Shown in pieces: positions 32,714 through 37,335 of a stretch of 37,335 nucleotides of DNA. Each line of letters starts with the position of its first letter. Within the stretch, counting starts at the first letter, position 1. The translations under genes and the position numbers were made by a program. The stretch covers positions 1 through 37,335 of the forward strand of contig PGXI01000001.1 in NCBI GenBank assembly GCA_002839125.1, in the 5' to 3' direction. The stretch comes from Tenericutes bacterium HGW-Tenericutes-5 (GTDB lineage: Bacteria > Bacillota_I > Bacilli_A > Izemoplasmatales > Hujiaoplasmataceae). Below the pieces are notes generated by a model that saw only the letters and a program-made list of their open reading frames with translations, had not been told where the DNA came from and searched no databases.

Positions 32714-35700
32714 TTACCTTTCTACCGTTCTTAAATCATCAATAATTATTGATTGACGATTTCTATTATAATCCATTTTCCCAAAAATCAAGTATACTTT
32801 GCCTTCGACAATATTCATTCTTTGATATAACCTTGGGAAAACCACGCCACTAATACCATTGATTTCATCTTCCATATCAACAAAAGCCATATCATCACCA
32901 TTTTTAGTCTGATGCTTTTTGACTCTAGTTATAACAGCTATGAACTTCAAATTGCCTTCATGTGAATCTAGTATTTCTGATAAGGTTTGATACTTGTTAT
33001 CTCTAATAAGGTTCTTATATTTATGAATTGGGTGATATTCAAAATTGACCCCTAATAATTCCTTTTCTTTATTCTGAAGAAATTCAAAATCATACTCAGA
33101 GTATTCGACAAACTTAAACATTCCTCTTTTTCCAAAGGAAATATAATTTTGAATGTTGCCTATATTTTGGATAAGTGTTTTCTTATTCATACCAAAATCA
33201 TTAAATACTCCGGCAAAAATCAAGGCTTCAACTACATTACTATTAACATCTTTTGATCGATCCATGAAGTCTATAAAATCACTGACTTCTCTAACTTGTT
33301 GAATAGAACTTATATTTTTGGCCATTATTTCCCCTATACCTTTAATCGCTTTATAAGGAAAACGCAAATTATTATCTTCGAAAGTATAAGTGTCACTAGA
33401 CTTATTAATTCTCGGCGGTAATATCTTAATATCTAGTTTTTGACATTCCATAATATATTTCTTAGTTCCGATTACTGAACCAATTTGAGTATTCAATAAA
33501 ACAGCCAAGAAATACTTAGAAAAGTTCGCTTTTAGGTAAGCCATCCAATAAGCTATATAACTATATGCAACAGCGTGACTTTTGTTGAACCCGTAATTTG
33601 CGAATTTAACGATATAATCATAAATTTGTTCGCCAGTATCTTTTGTATACCCTTCTTTTATTACACCTTCAACAAACTTTGTCCGTTCTTTTTCTAAAGT
33701 TTCTCGGTTTTTCTTGCTAACGGCTCTTCTTAAAACGTCAGCTTCACCCAATGAGTATCCAGCGAACTTGTTAGCTATTTTCATTATCTGTTCTTGATAA
33801 ACAATGATGCCTTGTGTATCTTTAAGAATTGGTAATAAATCCAAATCAAGATAAGTGATTCGCTCTTCTTTATTTCTTCTTCTAATAAAACTCGGAATGT
33901 TTTCCATTGGGCCTGGACGGTGTAAAGAAATACAAGTCGCAATATCTTCAAATTTATCAATTTGCATCTGCCTTATCAAGCTCATCATACCTTCAGATTC
34001 AAGTTGAAATATTCCTACAGTATTAACGTTTTGCAACAAGGCAAATGTCGGTTTATCATCTAAAGGAATTTTGTATATATCGATGTCAATGTTCTCGTTT
34101 TTCTTAATTAACTCAATAGTATCAGAAATCATTGATAAGTTTCTGATTCCTAAAAAATCAATCTTTAAAAGACCAAGATTTTCTAAATCACTCGCCTCAT
34201 ATTGAGTTTGTAACATATCCAATAATCCTACTTGAGTTGGAGAAAAATCATGAATACTGTTTTCGGTAATAATAATTCCTGCGGCATGCGTCGATGTGTG
34301 TCTACACAAACCATTCAATTTCAATGCAACCGTCAGTAATTGATTAATTTCAGGATTATTGATATAATACTGATATTTTTTCGGATATTTTGTTTTGTAC
34401 TCATCAATTGAGTTATCTGTTTCTGATATTTTACTGGTAATATCATCAACTATTGTATTTGAAATACCTAAAACTCGAGCTACGTCTCTAACTGCTGATT
34501 TTCCTTGGAAAGTTCCGAAAGTGATGATTGAAACAACTCTTTCCAAACCGTATTTATTTACTACATATCTAATTATTTCATCTCGTTTATCATCGGGAAA
34601 ATCCATGTCAATATCTGGCATGGTAATTCTTTCCGGATTCAAAAACCTTTCAAAATAAAGGTCAAATTCCAGCGGATCAACATCTACTATCCCTAATACA
34701 TATGCAACTAAAGATCCAGCTGCTGAGCCTCTGCCAGGACCAACTAGAATCCCTGACTTTTTGGCATATAATACAAAATCCCATACAATCAAGAAGTAAT
34801 CTTCATAATTCATCTTCTCAATAATACTTAGTTCGTAATCTAATCTTTCTTTATACTCTTGATATTTTTCCTTATAAGCGCTTTTTTGTTTTAACCTTCT
34901 GATTAAACCTTTATTCGTTAATTCTCTTAGCTTATCCTTAGCCAATTCATCTTTTAGAGGATATTTTGGTAAATGTAAGTTGCTAAAATCAATTACAACA
35001 TTACATTGCTCAATCATCTCCATGGTGTTTTTAACAGCTTGAGGGTAATTCTTATAAAGTTTGTTTAACTCATTTTTATTTTTAAAATATAAGTCCAGAT
35101 TATCGCTTTCAAAGAACCCTTGATTTTCATAATCTTTTTGCAGAATCTTTCTTAGTATACTAGAGGCTTCCTTATCTTCCTTATCAATATATAAAACGTT
35201 ATTGATAATTACTGTCTTCCCTAAATCATCTAATTTAGGCGCAATTTTTATTTCAGCGCTATAATCTCTTAAGTCTAGTCCTAAATAGAGATTTTCTAAT
35301 TTTTCAGAAATTTGGTTTATCATAAACTCAGCTAAATCAATTTTATCATTATATAACGCTTGCGCAAATGGTCCGCTGTCTGTAACAATTACACCAATCA
35401 AACCGGTTGAATAATTGCTCAAAACGTCTATTGGTAAAGATTTGTTTCCATTGCCTAAAAAAGAACTAATTTTAATCAAGCTTTTATACCCAATATCATT
35501 TTTGGCATACAATAAGATATTTTGTTCCTTGAAGTGTTCATCATCTAATAAAACTTCTAATCCCAATAAAGGTTTAATGCCTTTATTTAAGCAAGCTCGA
35601 TAAAACTTAATCACTCCATACATATGATTCATGTCGGCTAGTCCAAGTGATTTAAAACCAAAAGAGGCTGCTTTTTCTACAGCCTTCTCAATGCCAATCA

Positions 35701-35752
35701 AACTACCGTTGAAAGAATATGAACTTTGTATATAGAGTTCGAAATCAATCAT
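32714..35752 (-). CDS. dnaE: DNA polymerase III alpha subunit (DnaE type)
   Basis: N-terminal PHP domain, palm/fingers blocks (PDIDMDF, GLLKIDFLGIRNL, FQLESEGM), OB fold at the C-terminus. The start is moved to ATG 35752 (MIDFELYIQSSYSF...), 5 nt after GGTGA. The 25-codon Cys/Tyr-rich ORF-track extension overlaps the upstream gene. Confidence 0.93.
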   Translation of the reverse strand: MIDFELYIQSSYSFNGSLIGIEKAVEKAASFGFKSLGLADMNHMYGVIKFYRACLNKGIKPLLGLEVLLDDEHFKEQNILLYAKNDIGYKSLIKISSFLGNGNKSLPIDVLSNYSTGLIGVIVTDSGPFAQALYNDKIDLAEFMINQISEKLENLYLGLDLRDYSAEIKIAPKLDDLGKTVIINNVLYIDKEDKEASSILRKILQKDYENQGFFESDNLDLYFKNKNELNKLYKNYPQAVKNTMEMIEQCNVVIDFSNLHLPKYPLKDELAKDKLRELTNKGLIRRLKQKSAYKEKYQEYKERLDYELSIIEKMNYEDYFLIVWDFVLYAKKSGILVGPGRGSAAGSLVAYVLGIVDVDPLEFDLYFERFLNPERITMPDIDMDFPDDKRDEIIRYVVNKYGLERVVSIITFGTFQGKSAVRDVARVLGISNTIVDDITSKISETDNSIDEYKTKYPKKYQYYINNPEINQLLTVALKLNGLCRHTSTHAAGIIITENSIHDFSPTQVGLLDMLQTQYEASDLENLGLLKIDFLGIRNLSMISDTIELIKKNENIDIDIYKIPLDDKPTFALLQNVNTVGIFQLESEGMMSLIRQMQIDKFEDIATCISLHRPGPMENIPSFIRRRNKEERITYLDLDLLPILKDTQGIIVYQEQIMKIANKFAGYSLGEADVLRRAVSKKNRETLEKERTKFVEGVIKEGYTKDTGEQIYDYIVKFANYGFNKSHAVAYSYIAYWMAYLKANFSKYFLAVLLNTQIGSVIGTKKYIMECQKLDIKILPPRINKSSDTYTFEDNNLRFPYKAIKGIGEIMAKNISSIQQVREVSDFIDFMDRSKDVNSNVVEALIFAGVFNDFGMNKKTLIQNIGNIQNYISFGKRGMFKFVEYSEYDFEFLQNKEKELLGVNFEYHPIHKYKNLIRDNKYQTLSEILDSHEGNLKFIAVITRVKKHQTKNGDDMAFVDMEDEINGISGVVFPRLYQRMNIVEGKVYLIFGKMDYNRNRQSIIIDDLRTVER

Positions 35753-35795
35753 TATCTTCACCAAAATTATTATAACATAACCACAGTAAAAATAA

Positions 35796-37118
35796 TTATC
35801 TTTTCCGCAAAAATAACATACCACCAATTAATGCTAAAAAGATGAAAATATATTTAAAATACTCTGTATAATCTTCTTCATTCTCTTCAATAATCTCTTC
35901 AGCTGCTAATATATTAAAAATCAAGGTTTCAAAGATTTCACCCTCAAAAAGCAACTCCAACTTATACTCACCCGGTTCATTTAAAGTAATTTCACCAGTT
36001 ATCAAATCCTCATTCAATAAAGCTTCTCCGAAGACTATAAAAGTTACATTTTCATAAGTATTACCATCTTCTACCCCAGAGATTTTTGGATAGATTGAAA
36101 AAGTTAAATCCAATGTATATCCATTAATTCCAATAAATGAGATATTGTGTAATCCAACTTGATTAATGTATTCAGAATTATAAAACTCTCCGTCTAAAAA
36201 CATCGCTTGAGCATTGCTATAGATTCTTATTGAAGTATTAAACTCTGCATCGTTTAAAAGTTGACCCTCGATATCTCCGTTATTATAACTAATATCTGGT
36301 AATATTACAAAAAACACATCTTTTCGGTAACCATTTTCCCCAATAATAAGCATATGATGATTGCCTACATCGTTTATCGAACTTCCAATATTATAAACCT
36401 TATCATTTAAATAAAGATCCCCAAAACTATAAAAAGAGACTTCTCCTAAATACCCGGCCACATATTTATCACCTAATATCTTATAATCGGCTTCAACTGT
36501 AACAAAAAGATCAAAAATATAATTAGCATCGACTATTCTTATATTATAATGACCTGGATAATTTATTTGCAAGTCATCAACCAATTCATCATTAACATAA
36601 GCTATACCTTGATATTGATACTCAAAACTGCTCAATACTTCATATTCAGTATCAATTTCATCAATAGTCCTTAACTCTTTGTTTATAATTAGATTATTTT
36701 GTCCATTCTTTAATATTAATAAATGATTATGATTATGATACTCATTAGGTCTAAAACTCAAAAAAAGCTTATCTAGCAGTTCTCCTTCGAGATTATACTT
36801 CAAGACAATTGAATCTCTATAAATTGGCATTGTATACTCTTCGTTAAAATAATAAGAGTCACATACAATCAAAAAAGTATTCTTATCGACAACGGCTAAA
36901 TACCTAAAATAATCGTTTGCTTTACTATCATAATGAATTTCCTTTAATAATATCTCATCTTCTTTATCAAAAAACTTAATATAACCATCTGAATCATTAT
37001 CACTGACTACACTACCGTATTCAATGACAGTATTATCAAAAACAATCGTGTTAACTTTGTTATAGTCACTTATAAATGAGAACAAAATCGGTGAAAATAA
37101 AAGAAAGACAAATTTCAT
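35796..37118 (-). CDS. repeat-containing surface protein: signal peptide, three Ig-like-looking repeats, C-terminal TM anchor
   Basis: N-terminal MKFVFLLFSPILFSFI and C-terminal YIFIFLALIGGMLFL-RKR. The internal thrice-repeated pattern G.H.h.I.G.NGY....F.I.P.I is read by eye. Confidence 0.6.
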   Translation of the reverse strand: MKFVFLLFSPILFSFISDYNKVNTIVFDNTVIEYGSVVSDNDSDGYIKFFDKEDEILLKEIHYDSKANDYFRYLAVVDKNTFLIVCDSYYFNEEYTMPIYRDSIVLKYNLEGELLDKLFLSFRPNEYHNHNHLLILKNGQNNLIINKELRTIDEIDTEYEVLSSFEYQYQGIAYVNDELVDDLQINYPGHYNIRIVDANYIFDLFVTVEADYKILGDKYVAGYLGEVSFYSFGDLYLNDKVYNIGSSINDVGNHHMLIIGENGYRKDVFFVILPDISYNNGDIEGQLLNDAEFNTSIRIYSNAQAMFLDGEFYNSEYINQVGLHNISFIGINGYTLDLTFSIYPKISGVEDGNTYENVTFIVFGEALLNEDLITGEITLNEPGEYKLELLFEGEIFETLIFNILAAEEIIEENEEDYTEYFKYIFIFLALIGGMLFLRKR

Positions 37119-37160
37119 AAAAAAAACCTCCTTTTATTAAATCTTACTAAAAAGGAGGTT
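37119..37160 (-). terminator. rho-independent terminator of ackA; its 3' arm carries the SD of the next gene
   Basis: AACCTCCTTTT / AAAAGGAGGTT with a 13-nt loop, followed on the minus strand by T8 and then ATG 37118. Confidence 0.75.
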
Positions 37161-37174
37161 CTATTCTTTAATTT

Positions 37175-37335
37175 TTATAGTAAAGCTAAAGTATCTCTAG
37201 CAATCATAACTTCTTCGTTAGTTGGAACAACGAATACTTTAATTTTTGAATCATCTGCAGATATTAAGCGTTCAATACCGCGACAATCATTTCTTTCATC
37301 ATCAATCTTAGCGCCTAAAGCAGCTAAACGGTTAA
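37175..37335 (-). CDS. ackA: acetate kinase, C-terminal 52 codons; the gene enters from the window edge
   Basis: Not in the ORF track. Minus-strand translation: ...[52 protein letters not shown]. VxPTNEExMIARDT is the canonical AckA C-terminus. Confidence 0.8.
   Translation of the reverse strand, partial: NRLAALGAKIDDERNDCRGIERLISADDSKIKVFVVPTNEEVMIARDTLALL

Noticed and set aside
7698-35603. Other antisense or out-of-frame ORFs from the track: 7698-7883, 8452-8751, 11524-11838, 12500-12724, 16336-16641, 17473-17670, 18536-18796, 19141-19323, 22212-22469, 23257-23484, 24748-24996, 26806-27000, 27121-27591, 32289-32609, 34395-34658, 35415-35603
   Set aside because: Each is nested in a longer gene with clear family motifs on the other strand or in another frame. 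None has a recognisable SD or any motif I can recognise. All have the Ser/Leu/Ile/Phe-rich composition of shadow frames.
35753-35827. 25-codon N-terminal extension of dnaE in the ORF track (MVVCYFCGKDNYFYCGYVIIILVKI)
   Set aside because: It overlaps the end of the upstream gene and has no SD. The canonical PHP-domain N-terminus (MIDFELYIQSSYSF) starts at ATG 35752, which has a GGTGA SD. Similar over-extensions were trimmed for the Fak fusion (17925-17999), DUF5320 (10489-10527), uvrB, the radical SAM gene, the CxxC membrane protein, the HAAS protein and pfkA.
1-37335. Alternative genetic code (UGA = Trp), CRISPR arrays, tRNA/rRNA genes, transposases, integrases, phage genes
   Set aside because: All long ORFs close without needing TGA read-through, and Trp is encoded by TGG. 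No intergenic region is longer than about 170 bp. I found no direct-repeat arrays and no recombinase-like ORFs. The heliorhodopsin locus therefore shows no visible signature of recent mobile-element-mediated acquisition in this window.

Overview
This is a low-GC chromosomal window from a monoderm, Bacillota/Mycoplasmatota-like bacterium. It uses the standard genetic code: Trp is TGG throughout and no in-frame TGA read-through is needed. I call 37 protein-coding genes, 34 of them on the minus strand. Two are truncated at the window edges, and two are small ORFs below the ORF-track cutoff that I added by hand. I see no rRNA, tRNA, CRISPR array or mobile element. Housekeeping genes are uppP and ackA (at the edges), a surface-protein-dnaE-pfkA operon, uvrB, a RumA-type rRNA methyltransferase and zupT. 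Catabolic and stress genes are desulfoferrodoxin, a tnaA-like/arcA bicistron, two Nudix hydrolases and an MccF-like S66 peptidase. The stand-out region is 13.3-20.3 kb. It holds a monocistronic heliorhodopsin gene (Schiff-base Lys, counterion Glu and both conserved His present) transcribed divergently from a PadR + HAAS-domain membrane-protein pair, and both -35 boxes sit inside perfect palindromes. About 1.6 kb away is a tightly packed five-gene operon: a FakA-DegV single-chain fusion, a DUF1295 membrane protein, a class II CPD photolyase, a DUF2177 membrane protein and a Nudix hydrolase. Together these look like an undescribed light-sensing and photodamage locus in an organism with anaerobe hallmarks. 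Secondary items: a DUF5320 / NifX-like / 2x MinD-ferredoxin ATPase / CxxC-membrane-protein operon with a consensus promoter and a 14-bp palindrome; two tandem small ORFs sharing a YW(D/E)xVY motif ahead of a VanZ-DUF2089-SHOCT-like-MFS operon; an acyltransferase-like protein whose HX4D motif reads NX4N; and a hyper-acidic 731-aa lipoprotein next to a MacB-type ABC transporter. All homology statements come from by-eye motif recognition and alignment to remembered sequences. No database search was run.
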